43,434 bases of DNA from Candidatus Eiseniibacteriota bacterium (lineage in GTDB: Bacteria > Arandabacterota > Arandabacteria > Arandabacterales > Arandabacteraceae). Numbering within the stretch: position 1 is the stretch's first letter; each line of letters begins with the position of its first letter. The position numbers were made by a program, and so were the translations under genes. The stretch covers positions 1 to 43,434 of the forward strand of contig JBDRNT010000096.1 of NCBI GenBank assembly GCA_043810925.1, given 5' to 3'. This document shows, piece by piece, positions 26,073 through 35,265 of this stretch. The notes below the pieces were generated by a model that was given only the letters and a program-made list of their open reading frames with translations, was not told where the DNA came from and did no database searches.

Positions 26073-27027
26073 CTCGCGATTCCTTCACCTCGTCCCGGGA
26101 GAGTCTCTGCTTCAGGCTATACTCCTTCCTGCCCCTGTGGCCCATCCTGGTGATCAGTTCCGCCAGCAGGCCGGTCGAGATCAGCGTGAAACCCAGAATC
26201 ATAAGGAGTACACCCAGAGTCAACAGCGGGTGCCTGCCCTGTATGTTGTGGTATCTCACCCACACCACCGTCAGGTAGCAGTTTATTGCAAATCCAGCCG
26301 CCGTGAAGACCACTCCGATCGTCCCGAAGAAATGAAGCGGACTCCTCGTGTAGCCGGTGACCAGTATGACCGTCAGAAGGTCGAGGAATCCATGAAGGAA
26401 CCGGCCCATGCCGTACTTCGTCTTGCCGCGCGTTCGCGGATGGTGGGCGACGGGAATCTCACCCACACGAAACCCATCCTTGTGTGCAAAAACAGGCAGG
26501 AACCTGTGGAGCTCGCCATAGAGCCGTATTTGATCTATCACAGAGCGCCTGTAGGCCTTCAAACCGCAATTGATGTCATGCAGCTTCAGCCCCGTGACCC
26601 ACGCCGTCACACTGTTGAATATCTTTGAGGGGACCGTTTTTGAAATCGGATCTTTACGCCGCTTCTTCCAACCCGAGACGAGATCGTAGCCCTTGTCAAG
26701 CTCCTCAAGCAGCCTCGGAATCTCCGCGGGGTCGTCCTGAAGATCGGCGTCTATGGTTATTATCACATCGCCCCGGGCTTCATCAAAGCCCACGGCAAGG
26801 GCCGCACTCTTACCGTACCTTCTCATGAAGCTCAACACGGTGATTTTCGGATCATCGCGGTAGATATCCTCGAGTATCTTAAGCGAACCGTCCCTGCTTC
26901 CGTCGTCAACGAAGACGATCTCATACAATTTGCCTGTCGTCTTCATCACATCGGAGATCTTCCCGTGAAGCTCCTTCAGGGAGCCTTCTTCATCAAACAC
27001 CGGGATCACAATCGAGACATCCACCAT
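26056..27027 (-). CDS. Polyprenyl-phosphate glycosyltransferase (ArnC/GtrB-like GT2 with two C-terminal TMs)
   Basis: VIPVFDEE, VDDGSRDGS, IDADLQDDP, DINCGLKAYR, LYGELHRFLP, HHPR..GKTKYG; start at ATG 27027. Confidence 0.9.
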   Translation of the reverse strand: MVDVSIVIPVFDEEGSLKELHGKISDVMKTTGKLYEIVFVDDGSRDGSLKILEDIYRDDPKITVLSFMRRYGKSAALAVGFDEARGDVIITIDADLQDDPAEIPRLLEELDKGYDLVSGWKKRRKDPISKTVPSKIFNSVTAWVTGLKLHDINCGLKAYRRSVIDQIRLYGELHRFLPVFAHKDGFRVGEIPVAHHPRTRGKTKYGMGRFLHGFLDLLTVILVTGYTRSPLHFFGTIGVVFTAAGFAINCYLTVVWVRYHNIQGRHPLLTLGVLLMILGFTLISTGLLAELITRMGHRGRKEYSLKQRLSRDEVKESRDAEAS

Positions 27028-27031
27028 GCCC

Positions 27032-29194
27032 TCACCGCCTTCTTGGATCAAGTTTGTCCTTAAGATTACGACTATTGGGATTGAGTTTCAATGCCTTCTC
27101 CCACTCGTCCCTTGCTTCCATTTCTCTGCCTCGGGAACTCAATATGTCGCCGTATATCTCATGCGACAGGGCGTCCCGCTGGGTGAGTTCAAACACCTGC
27201 TCAAGGGCGCGGGCCGCATCGTCGTTCCTACCCTGCCGGAGATCACAGATCGCGATCCCGAGCAGCGCCTCGTAGGAACCCGGCCGCAATCCCATGAAAC
27301 TCTCCAAAGCGCTTCGTGCACCGTCAATCCGCCCCTCGTTCAAGAGACCCATTGCCTGCTCGAACTCGCTCGGTTTGTATGAGGAGAGCCCGTACCCGGG
27401 CCAGTTTTCGTAGCGGACTATGACCGCGTCTCTACCACACAACACGAAGTTGCGTACGGGCACCATCTTCTCGTTGAAATCGGGGTAGTTCTTGGTCAGG
27501 TACTCATACAACGTGGGGAAGCGGATCACGAAGTGCGTGATGGGGTACTTCTCAAACTCTTCCCGTTCATCATATCTTATCAGGTCCCCGTATGCAGGCA
27601 ATGTTCTGAAACCGGATTCAAGCGACATCGTGGTCGAGCAATCGCCCACCAGGAATGCGCCTTCCGACAGCACGCGGTCAAGACTTCCGGCGCCATCGAT
27701 TATCGAATACTTCCTGTCATCGGCATATCTGAGGAACATGACCGAATTGAAGACGACGATCCCGGCGATCAGGACCCAGAAGCCTATCTTTCTTAACCCG
27801 TAGGGCAGCGCAGCTTTCGCCGATACGATGCGGCGTCTGAAGATGAGGCTGAGTACCACGGCGGCTCCGCCGAAAATCAAGACCTTCGGCCAGACCGAAA
27901 GTCCGAATCTGTATACCGACATCTGGGCCGGTGTGAGCCCCCCACCCGCCCTGCCGGCGCTGCTCAATATCTGGTGTGTTATGTCCTGCTGGATGTGGAT
28001 CAGGACCCACGCGAGCCAGATAATGAACGCATACAAGTACCAGCCGGGCTTCCTCGACGCAAACAGGGACCCGCCCCGCGCCAGTCGCCAGATGAAAGAG
28101 GCAGCAAGCAACGTCACGCTCGGTGTCAGCAGTGCAAGGTAGCGAAGCGGTCTGTAACTTAAGAAACTCAGCGCCGCCACGAGACCCGCAAACCATATTG
28201 CCGCCAGCTTCTCCCAGGGTTTTATTGAAGCCTCTTCGCGGGTAAGACCCGAAATCGCACAGATCAGCCCGGCAACTGCTGCAAGGGACATGACCGGTGC
28301 CTTTGCGAAAAGGCCCTCTCTCCCGCTGCCGAGATGGATGAATGCTCCCAGGCGCTTTTCGATAACAGCGAGGAGTGAAGCGCCGGCGTACTCGCCTTTC
28401 TGTGCAATCAGGATGTTGGAACGGAAGTACTTCGCCACAACCTCCGGGTTCACGAAGTACACGAATGCGAACCAGACCGCGAAGGCCGCCACGCAGCCCG
28501 CAAGGAACGCCGCAATCAGGTGCAGAACAGGAGTGGACCGCTCCTCGTCAGGCGGCCGGGCCAGAAGCAGATACACCAGGACCACGGGAACGAAATGCAG
28601 GGCATGCAACTTGACCATGAAAGCGGCCGAACCCACAACGAGTCCCGAGAAAAACAGGGCCCGCCTGCCACTGAGCGCCAGGTAGAAGGCGATCAGAAGC
28701 ATGAGTATCAGAAGCGACTCGACCATCGGGACCCTGCTGTAGATTACGTGGACATAACACAGGGAAAGGACGGCGAGCGCAATCAGGCCGGCAATCTTGC
28801 CCTCGAGTTTGCGCATCCATACGTAGAGGAGCGATATCGATGCAAGACCCGGCAGGACACCGACGAGATTGGCCTGCGCCAACCCGACACCGCCGACTTT
28901 GAATATCACGAACGCGATCAGATTGACAAGCGGGTAGAAGAGGACTACGGGTGACCTCATATCAACTATCCAGTCCCCGAAGAGGATCTTGCTCCTCGCC
29001 CCGTCGATCGCCCGGGCGCCGTCGGTAAAGAGCGCCTGGCTCCAGGTGAAGTTCCAGGGCGGATCGGCATTGAGGAAGACCAGCCTCAGAACCACCGCCA
29101 CCGCGAAGCACAGTCCGGCGACCAACCCATAGTATCTCCAGCCGTCATCCAGAACCGAAGGTACCGCCTGCGGCTTCTTGTGTCTGGTCTTCAC
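27032..29194 (-). CDS. GT-C (GT39/ArnT-like) membrane glycosyltransferase with C-terminal TPR repeats
   Basis: LRLVFLNADPP...FTDG, YSRVPMVE, YRPLRYL; 3-4 TPR-like repeats at the C-terminus. Start reassigned to GTG 29194, which overlaps the upstream stop (GTGA). Confidence 0.8.
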   Translation of the reverse strand: MKTRHKKPQAVPSVLDDGWRYYGLVAGLCFAVAVVLRLVFLNADPPWNFTWSQALFTDGARAIDGARSKILFGDWIVDMRSPVVLFYPLVNLIAFVIFKVGGVGLAQANLVGVLPGLASISLLYVWMRKLEGKIAGLIALAVLSLCYVHVIYSRVPMVESLLILMLLIAFYLALSGRRALFFSGLVVGSAAFMVKLHALHFVPVVLVYLLLARPPDEERSTPVLHLIAAFLAGCVAAFAVWFAFVYFVNPEVVAKYFRSNILIAQKGEYAGASLLAVIEKRLGAFIHLGSGREGLFAKAPVMSLAAVAGLICAISGLTREEASIKPWEKLAAIWFAGLVAALSFLSYRPLRYLALLTPSVTLLAASFIWRLARGGSLFASRKPGWYLYAFIIWLAWVLIHIQQDITHQILSSAGRAGGGLTPAQMSVYRFGLSVWPKVLIFGGAAVVLSLIFRRRIVSAKAALPYGLRKIGFWVLIAGIVVFNSVMFLRYADDRKYSIIDGAGSLDRVLSEGAFLVGDCSTTMSLESGFRTLPAYGDLIRYDEREEFEKYPITHFVIRFPTLYEYLTKNYPDFNEKMVPVRNFVLCGRDAVIVRYENWPGYGLSSYKPSEFEQAMGLLNEGRIDGARSALESFMGLRPGSYEALLGIAICDLRQGRNDDAARALEQVFELTQRDALSHEIYGDILSSRGREMEARDEWEKALKLNPNSRNLKDKLDPRRR

Positions 29195-29532
29195 TCCTCG
29201 GGTTTCTCCTCGGTCATCAGAGTCAGACGTTGCGCCAGCTCTTTCACCTGTTCGCTCAACTCTGAAATCCGCGTGGTCATCCACAGTGAGACGAACGCCA
29301 GAAAGATCAGGCCGCTGAAGAACAGCGTGGATACCGGGAACTTGGCCCCTATAAGTTTCGTGACGAGGACAAGAGGTTTCAGCCAGACCGAAAGCACAAA
29401 GATCGCGAGACCCGCCAGAATCCAAACTATCGAGTCGACCTCGCGGAGTTTCCTGCTTCTCACCAGCGACAGAACATATGCAACAAACAGAACGCTAACT
29501 ATCAGCGACATTATCCTCACCTGCAGGTTCAT
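29191..29532 (-). CDS. DUF2304-family small membrane protein (GacJ-like)
   Basis: 113 aa, 3 TM; LVRSRKLRE..SIVW, G..FP, C-terminal coiled ISELSEQVKELAQRL; directly follows an ADGQH-type GT2. Confidence 0.85.
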   Translation of the reverse strand: MNLQVRIMSLIVSVLFVAYVLSLVRSRKLREVDSIVWILAGLAIFVLSVWLKPLVLVTKLIGAKFPVSTLFFSGLIFLAFVSLWMTTRISELSEQVKELAQRLTLMTEEKPEE

Positions 29533-31244
29533 CGCTCATCCTCCCCCTTCTGCGAAGACGGAATTCGCAGGATTGTCACGAAGATCGACAGAGGCATCTT
29601 AAGGGCGTATTTCAGGGACGAACTGAGTCCTGAGATCATCGACCGCCCGGCCCGGCGCTCGTGCATCTCTACGGCCACCTCTCCGACCCGGAAGCCGTGT
29701 CGTGCCACCCATATTATCGTGTCCGCATCAGGAAAATCGACAGGGTACGAGCCGAGCGCAAACATCGAAAACACATCCCGGCTCAGGGCTTGAAAACCCG
29801 AGCTCGTATCCGTTATCCTCCGGCGGGTGATCACACTGGCGATTCCACTGAAAACCCGCATACCGAGCAGCCGGATCAACGGAATCTTGTAGGTGGCCTG
29901 ACCTCTGAATCTCGAGCCCACGACCAGATCGAACTCGCCGGACGCTTCCAGAAGTTTGTTGATGTACCTGGGGTCGTGCTGACCGTCGGCATCCAGCAGA
30001 ATCACCAGGTCATATGGGTGACGGTACGCATACTTAAATCCTGCCTGTACCGCACCGCCATAACCGAGATTGATCGGAGCACGAAGAACGCGTGCGCCGG
30101 ATTCCCTCGCGACGGCTCCGGTCCGGTCCGTCGAAGCGTCATCGATCACCAGAATGTCAAGAGCGGGATGAAGCCGCTTGACCTCCGATATGACTGAGCC
30201 GATCGACCCGGCTTCGTTTCTTGCCGGTATGATCACCAGGACCCTCTGCTCAGCCACAACCTGCAATGTCCTATCCTTCCATGCTTCGGGCCTTCTGTAG
30301 AACAACCGCGAAAACGCGGCAAGCACTATGATCGACAGTGATATTACCAGTCTGAGCGAAACCAGGTAAGGGACGATCAGGGGCTTCTCGACACCGATCT
30401 TATAGAGCAGACCCGTCCAGGACCAGTCCTGTATTCCCAGGCCTGCGGGGGTCAACGCGAAAAGAGCGGCGAACTGGGCTGTCGGTACGAACAGGAAGAT
30501 CTCCCTTCCCCCTACGTTCACACCCATCGCAGCCGCGATCACCACGAAGCGTATTGCCGTGAAGAAAAACTTGACTGCGCTCAAGGCGTAAAGCGCCGGG
30601 CCCACGGACCTGAAATCACCGTCCGCGAGCAGTTTGTGCTCGGCATCGAACTCAACTCGCCTGCCTATCCACGGGATCTTGCACACGGCCTTGAAGAGGA
30701 ACTGAAATATGATCGACAACACCTGCGTGGCCTCACGCTTAAAAAACAGGAAGAACACAAGACCGGCGGTCCCCGTGATCGCAAAGAGCATAACACCGGT
30801 CAGCGGCCTGATGGCGCCCGTTACATACAGAAGCGACGGGACGAGGAAGACACCTGCAATCACCAGGTCGAACGTCCGGTCGAGATAGACCGAGTAGGAA
30901 GCCTTGCCGATCGACACGCTGTGGTTGAATTTCAGTGACATCGTACGGACTCCGAAATCACTCGCGTCCATCGGAAGAACCAGCCCGACTGCACGGCCGA
31001 CCATGAAGTAGTAAAGCAACGACCCGAAGTGGGTCGCGCCTTTTTCCCCAAGGGAGCGCAGTGCCAGCTTCCATTTGAGAGCGGACATGATCGCTATACC
31101 CAGGGTGCAGACGAAGCAGACCCCGACAAGGAACGGATCGAGATCCAGCACCCTGTGCAGATCGTGACGGCCCCAGTAGAGGAACGTACCCATAAGGACG
31201 GCCGCGACCACCCAGAGAAAACGTCTGTTGGCCATGCTCTTCAT
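29529..31244 (-). CDS. Fusion of LPG_synthase_TM flippase-like domain and GT2 polyprenyl-phosphate sugar synthase (GacI-like)
   Basis: N-terminal half: KWKLAL, DRTFDL, TPAGLGIQD. C-terminal half: IIPARNEA, IDDASTD, LDADGQHDP, DTSSGF, YPVDFPD. Confidence 0.85.
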   Translation of the reverse strand: MKSMANRRFLWVVAAVLMGTFLYWGRHDLHRVLDLDPFLVGVCFVCTLGIAIMSALKWKLALRSLGEKGATHFGSLLYYFMVGRAVGLVLPMDASDFGVRTMSLKFNHSVSIGKASYSVYLDRTFDLVIAGVFLVPSLLYVTGAIRPLTGVMLFAITGTAGLVFFLFFKREATQVLSIIFQFLFKAVCKIPWIGRRVEFDAEHKLLADGDFRSVGPALYALSAVKFFFTAIRFVVIAAAMGVNVGGREIFLFVPTAQFAALFALTPAGLGIQDWSWTGLLYKIGVEKPLIVPYLVSLRLVISLSIIVLAAFSRLFYRRPEAWKDRTLQVVAEQRVLVIIPARNEAGSIGSVISEVKRLHPALDILVIDDASTDRTGAVARESGARVLRAPINLGYGGAVQAGFKYAYRHPYDLVILLDADGQHDPRYINKLLEASGEFDLVVGSRFRGQATYKIPLIRLLGMRVFSGIASVITRRRITDTSSGFQALSRDVFSMFALGSYPVDFPDADTIIWVARHGFRVGEVAVEMHERRAGRSMISGLSSSLKYALKMPLSIFVTILRIPSSQKGEDER

Positions 31245-32908
31245 CAGGAGATGTAACCAAGTCCTTTCAGTCTCTGCTTGATACCGTCATCCTCTGCGGA
31301 TTTCCTCTCACCCAGAGTTATCCCCGGTACATCGTCCGCCTTGCAGTATGATGGCGGTCTGGCATCCAGTGAGGCCTCGTCAAACAGGTCCTTCCGAAAC
31401 TCACCATCGAGAACATCGGGTATGGGCAGGTCCATAAGATACATGAGCAGCGGAGCCACGTCGAGCACAGACATGTTCTCGACCTTGTCACCCTTCCTCA
31501 TGCCCTCGCCCCTGGCAATAAAGATCCCATCCATTCTGTGCTGCGCCGAGATCGCTTCCGAGGCAGGCTCAAGCACCCTGTTCGAGGAAAACTCGAAATC
31601 GCCGAAGACCGCAAGTGTCGGGTCATGCGGCAGGAAAAGCATGTCCGGTGCTTCATCGAGGAATCTCCCACCGTATATCTCCTCGCGTCTGAACACCTGC
31701 CTTACAAGTGAGCCACCCTCCGGACGGGAGAGCCGGGTCAGAACCGCCTCCAGCCGGTTTCGCGTCTCCTCGTAGCGGTCCTGCTCGACGGCACCTTCAG
31801 GCTCACGGCCCTTGAGATTGACGTACAGACCGCCGAAAACCCCACCGCTTATGCCGTAGGCGTCGGTATTGGGCCAGTCAATGTCGGAAAACGAGAAGAA
31901 GAGCCGCCTGAGCATGTCATAGCCTTTGCTTGTCCATCTCATTCCCATGCGTAGCCGTCCGAGCCCGAGAGCGTTGCCCGCCTTGTAAACATTGAGCGGT
32001 GTCAATCCAGCTTTGAACAGGAGATACTTCATACGCGAGGCCGGGTTCTTCTTTACCTTCATAAGACCGCTCTCAAGAAGCAGGTTATTTGCGTGGATGA
32101 ATCGGTGAAGAGGTCCGTGTCCGTGATCCGACACGATCACGACGGACGCCTCATCCCCGGCGGCCTCCACGAGGTTTCCGATGATTTCATCCATCAACCG
32201 GTAAAAGTCATGGATCTTCCCGGCATACCGCTCGTATTCGCTCTTCACGTGGCGTGGATGCTCCGGATCAATCACATGCCAGAGGGCATGCTGAAGGAAG
32301 TCGGTCTCGTTGAAGACCTGCATCGCGAACGTCCAGTCGGTCCGTTTGAGCATCTCCAACAGGACACGCGACTTGGAGCGGACAACCTCGGTCAGTTCCT
32401 CAAGAAAGCTATCGATCCTGCCGGGGGTGTAGGATTGGGTGGGAACGATCTTGTAGGATCGGTCGATCCCGAGTATGGTATCCAGCAGATCCGCCGGGTA
32501 TGTGCACTTCCGGCTTCCCGGAGGTGTGAGCAGACCGCTCACCATTTTCCCGTTTACCTTTCTCGGAGGGAACGTCATCGGGACGTTAAACACAAGCACC
32601 GTGCCCCCGTAGGCACCCACAAGATCCCACATGGTCGGCGCTCTCAGTGAGGAAGCGTTGAGAAAAGCCAGGTTGTATGAGTCATCGGCCCGGACAATGA
32701 GATCGTAGACGCCGTGGTTGCTCGGATCCAATCCGGTCACGATCGATGACCACGCCGGTCCGGTGCCCGGAGGAACGACGGTCCGAAGTTTGCCCGAGAC
32801 ACCGCTCTCCATGAGTTGTTTGATTACAGGGAGTTCGCCTCTGTCCATAAGAGGGCCGAGGATGTCGAAGGTGCCGCCGTCGAGCCCGATAACGATCGCT
32901 TTTTTCAT
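31244..32908 (-). CDS. Alkaline-phosphatase-superfamily (type I phosphodiesterase/nucleotide pyrophosphatase-like) protein
   Basis: IGLDGGT, PPGTGPAWSSIVTG, TDFLQH, VSDHG, HRMDG, DVAP, C-terminal RLKGLGY; no signal peptide. Confidence 0.85.
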   Translation of the reverse strand: MKKAIVIGLDGGTFDILGPLMDRGELPVIKQLMESGVSGKLRTVVPPGTGPAWSSIVTGLDPSNHGVYDLIVRADDSYNLAFLNASSLRAPTMWDLVGAYGGTVLVFNVPMTFPPRKVNGKMVSGLLTPPGSRKCTYPADLLDTILGIDRSYKIVPTQSYTPGRIDSFLEELTEVVRSKSRVLLEMLKRTDWTFAMQVFNETDFLQHALWHVIDPEHPRHVKSEYERYAGKIHDFYRLMDEIIGNLVEAAGDEASVVIVSDHGHGPLHRFIHANNLLLESGLMKVKKNPASRMKYLLFKAGLTPLNVYKAGNALGLGRLRMGMRWTSKGYDMLRRLFFSFSDIDWPNTDAYGISGGVFGGLYVNLKGREPEGAVEQDRYEETRNRLEAVLTRLSRPEGGSLVRQVFRREEIYGGRFLDEAPDMLFLPHDPTLAVFGDFEFSSNRVLEPASEAISAQHRMDGIFIARGEGMRKGDKVENMSVLDVAPLLMYLMDLPIPDVLDGEFRKDLFDEASLDARPPSYCKADDVPGITLGERKSAEDDGIKQRLKGLGYIS

Positions 32909-32916
32909 GGAGCTCT

Positions 32917-35265
32917 TTAAGGCCCTTCCCCCCTTGCCTGTTCTTCGAGTGTCTGCAGAAGCCTGGCAGCAGAACGGTCATCGGGGTGCAGCGCAAGCCA
33001 CTTTCTCACAACATCCGCTGCCTTACCGGGTTCTCCGCCGTCCTGGTAGAAGGAAGCGAGGAGGGAGTAGCCGTCGGGATTGTCGGGGAGTGCGCCGATG
33101 AGCCGAATGAGCGTCCTTTCGGCATCATTGGGTCTGTTGGCCCTTCTGTACACGTTAAACAACTGCATATAGATGTTGGAGTTCCGGGGTTCACGTGCCA
33201 TGTAGTTGAGAGCCAGGCTCTCAGCCGTGGCCACCTGCCCGGCGTATCCGTAAGCCGCAACCGCCAGGTCCCGGTACCCCTGGTAGCCCGGGGCTATCTC
33301 GTTGGCCCGTTCGAGCTCTCTCAGTGCGCTGTTGTAGTCGCGTTTCTCTATGTAGTTGATACAGAGCCTGAGATGGGCGGCCGCATAGTTGGTCACCAGC
33401 CTTCTCGTGTTGATATCCTTGTAAACATCGGTATCATACACATACTCAGTGCCGAAATCGATGTCCTCAATGCCTATCTGCTCCGGCGTGTCGGTCAGGT
33501 TCGGTGCATCGGTGAGTTCCCCCTCACCGATAGGCGTGAGCAGACCCCTGTAGCGATAGACATGGTAGAGATTGGACAGCGTCTTTTCAACGTCAACCAG
33601 ATCTCTGCGCTGTTCCGGTATCAGCTTAAACGCAAGCCCCTCAAGTCTGAGCCGGGATTCATAGCCCATGTAATCAGCCACCGTGACCGCGAAATAGACC
33701 GGCCTGGTATCATCTGTCGCTTCGATTATTTCCTTCGTAGCCAGGTCCTTCACCATCACAATCTTCCCGTCCCTGTCACGGTATGGCCGCAATCTGGAGA
33801 TCTCATCATCGGAATACCGGAAGGGCACCTTCGGTTCCAGATGCTTGAGCTGCCAGATGTACCACGGGGTGTTAAGCAAACTCAGGTTCAGTACACGCAC
33901 GTCTTTTCGAAAACCTTTGACCTCCTGGATGAACCAGAGAGGGAAGGTATCGTTATCACCGTTCGTGAAGATGTAGCCGTCCGGCTCGACGGTCACAAGC
34001 ATGTTATAGGCGTAGTCATGGGCGTTATAGTCTCCGCTACGGTTATGACTCTCGAAATTGACGTAGATCGTGGAGAGCGAGAACGCCACAAGAACCGCGG
34101 GAAGACCCAGGGACATCCACCCCGGTTTGTCGGATTTTGCCATCAGGTCGCTCAGATAAGCGAACGCCACTCCTATCCAGATGCAGAAGAAGAAAAACCC
34201 GTGTGAAAAGAAGTAGTCACGCTCCCTGACCTCATGATCGGTGAAGTTCATGTAGATTACGAGTCCCAGACTCATTATCAGGAAAAGCGTACCCACTAGA
34301 ACGAACGTCCTGCGCTGCTTGAAGAAGTGTATGAAGGCCCCCACCCCACCTGCCAGCATCAGCAGGATCGTCCAGCTGCCACCGGGGCCGACCCATTGCT
34401 CCTTGAAGTAACGCCAGAACATTCCGAACTGGAACGACCACGGAGCCTGCCTGACAAAGGGCGTCATGGGCTTGTACTGCTTCCGCAGCAGACAATCCTT
34501 GAATGCATCCCACCTTTCGGGATTCGCCTCATCGATCGCGGGGTTAAGATGCGATCTTATAGGCAGGTAGAGATGGTTGGTCAGCCCGATGAGACCGACG
34601 AAAACGACAAGCATTATGAACTTAAGATCGGTGAAGAGCCTCCAGTCCACAAGCAGGGCGAATAACACGAAGGCAGGCAGGACAAGAACCGTCCCGAGGT
34701 GAAGACCCACGCTGAGTCCCAGGAGATAGCAGATAAGAACGAGGCTGTTCCTGCTGCCCTCCTCCTTAGGCCTATCGGCCCATCGGAGCATGAGCCACAC
34801 CGTGAAGGCCATGATTAACGCACTCGGTGAGTAGACTTCGGCTTCGATTGAGTTGACCCAGAAACTCCCGGAGAAGCCTCCGGCCAGCGCGGCCGAGGCC
34901 GCAGAACAGTAAAGGACCGTCTTTTCCCTGAGGTTTTGTGGTACCCCTCTCCAAAGCACAAGAATCCGTATGGTTATCAAGTAGAGAAACAGACACGCAC
35001 CGGCACCTGACAGCGCGGACATCAGGTTGACCCCAAGCGCCCGCTCACTGAAAGGAAGCATCGCGAAAAGCCTGCCCACCAGGACATAGAAGGGAGTGCC
35101 GGGTGGGTGCGGAACACCGAGACTGAAAGAGGTGGCTATGAACTCGCCGCTATCCCAGAACGAGACCGTCGGCGAAATGGTGACCAGATAGCAGCCAAGA
35201 ACCGTAAGAAACACAAGCGCCGCCACGATCTTGTTCCACTTGCTGTGGCTGTCATCAACCTGCAT
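32917..35265 (-). CDS. DUF2723/TMEM260-like GT-C (putative protein O-mannosyltransferase) with C-terminal TPRs
   Basis: PTVSFWDSGEFIATS..LGVPHPPGTP, EAEVY, YLPIRS, RERDYFF, FTNGDNDTFPLW, LSLLNTPWY. Confidence 0.92.
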   Translation of the reverse strand: MQVDDSHSKWNKIVAALVFLTVLGCYLVTISPTVSFWDSGEFIATSFSLGVPHPPGTPFYVLVGRLFAMLPFSERALGVNLMSALSGAGACLFLYLITIRILVLWRGVPQNLREKTVLYCSAASAALAGGFSGSFWVNSIEAEVYSPSALIMAFTVWLMLRWADRPKEEGSRNSLVLICYLLGLSVGLHLGTVLVLPAFVLFALLVDWRLFTDLKFIMLVVFVGLIGLTNHLYLPIRSHLNPAIDEANPERWDAFKDCLLRKQYKPMTPFVRQAPWSFQFGMFWRYFKEQWVGPGGSWTILLMLAGGVGAFIHFFKQRRTFVLVGTLFLIMSLGLVIYMNFTDHEVRERDYFFSHGFFFFCIWIGVAFAYLSDLMAKSDKPGWMSLGLPAVLVAFSLSTIYVNFESHNRSGDYNAHDYAYNMLVTVEPDGYIFTNGDNDTFPLWFIQEVKGFRKDVRVLNLSLLNTPWYIWQLKHLEPKVPFRYSDDEISRLRPYRDRDGKIVMVKDLATKEIIEATDDTRPVYFAVTVADYMGYESRLRLEGLAFKLIPEQRRDLVDVEKTLSNLYHVYRYRGLLTPIGEGELTDAPNLTDTPEQIGIEDIDFGTEYVYDTDVYKDINTRRLVTNYAAAHLRLCINYIEKRDYNSALRELERANEIAPGYQGYRDLAVAAYGYAGQVATAESLALNYMAREPRNSNIYMQLFNVYRRANRPNDAERTLIRLIGALPDNPDGYSLLASFYQDGGEPGKAADVVRKWLALHPDDRSAARLLQTLEEQARGEGP

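Noticed and set aside
29195-29425. N-terminal extension of ORF 27032..29425
   Set aside because: It overlaps the DUF2304 gene in another frame; GTG 29194 gives a standard GTGA coupling.
32986-34206. 406-aa + strand ORF (likewise 13155..14156, 4106..4897, 23242..24087, 24705..25463)
   Set aside because: All lie antisense to well-supported genes and have no recognisable domains.
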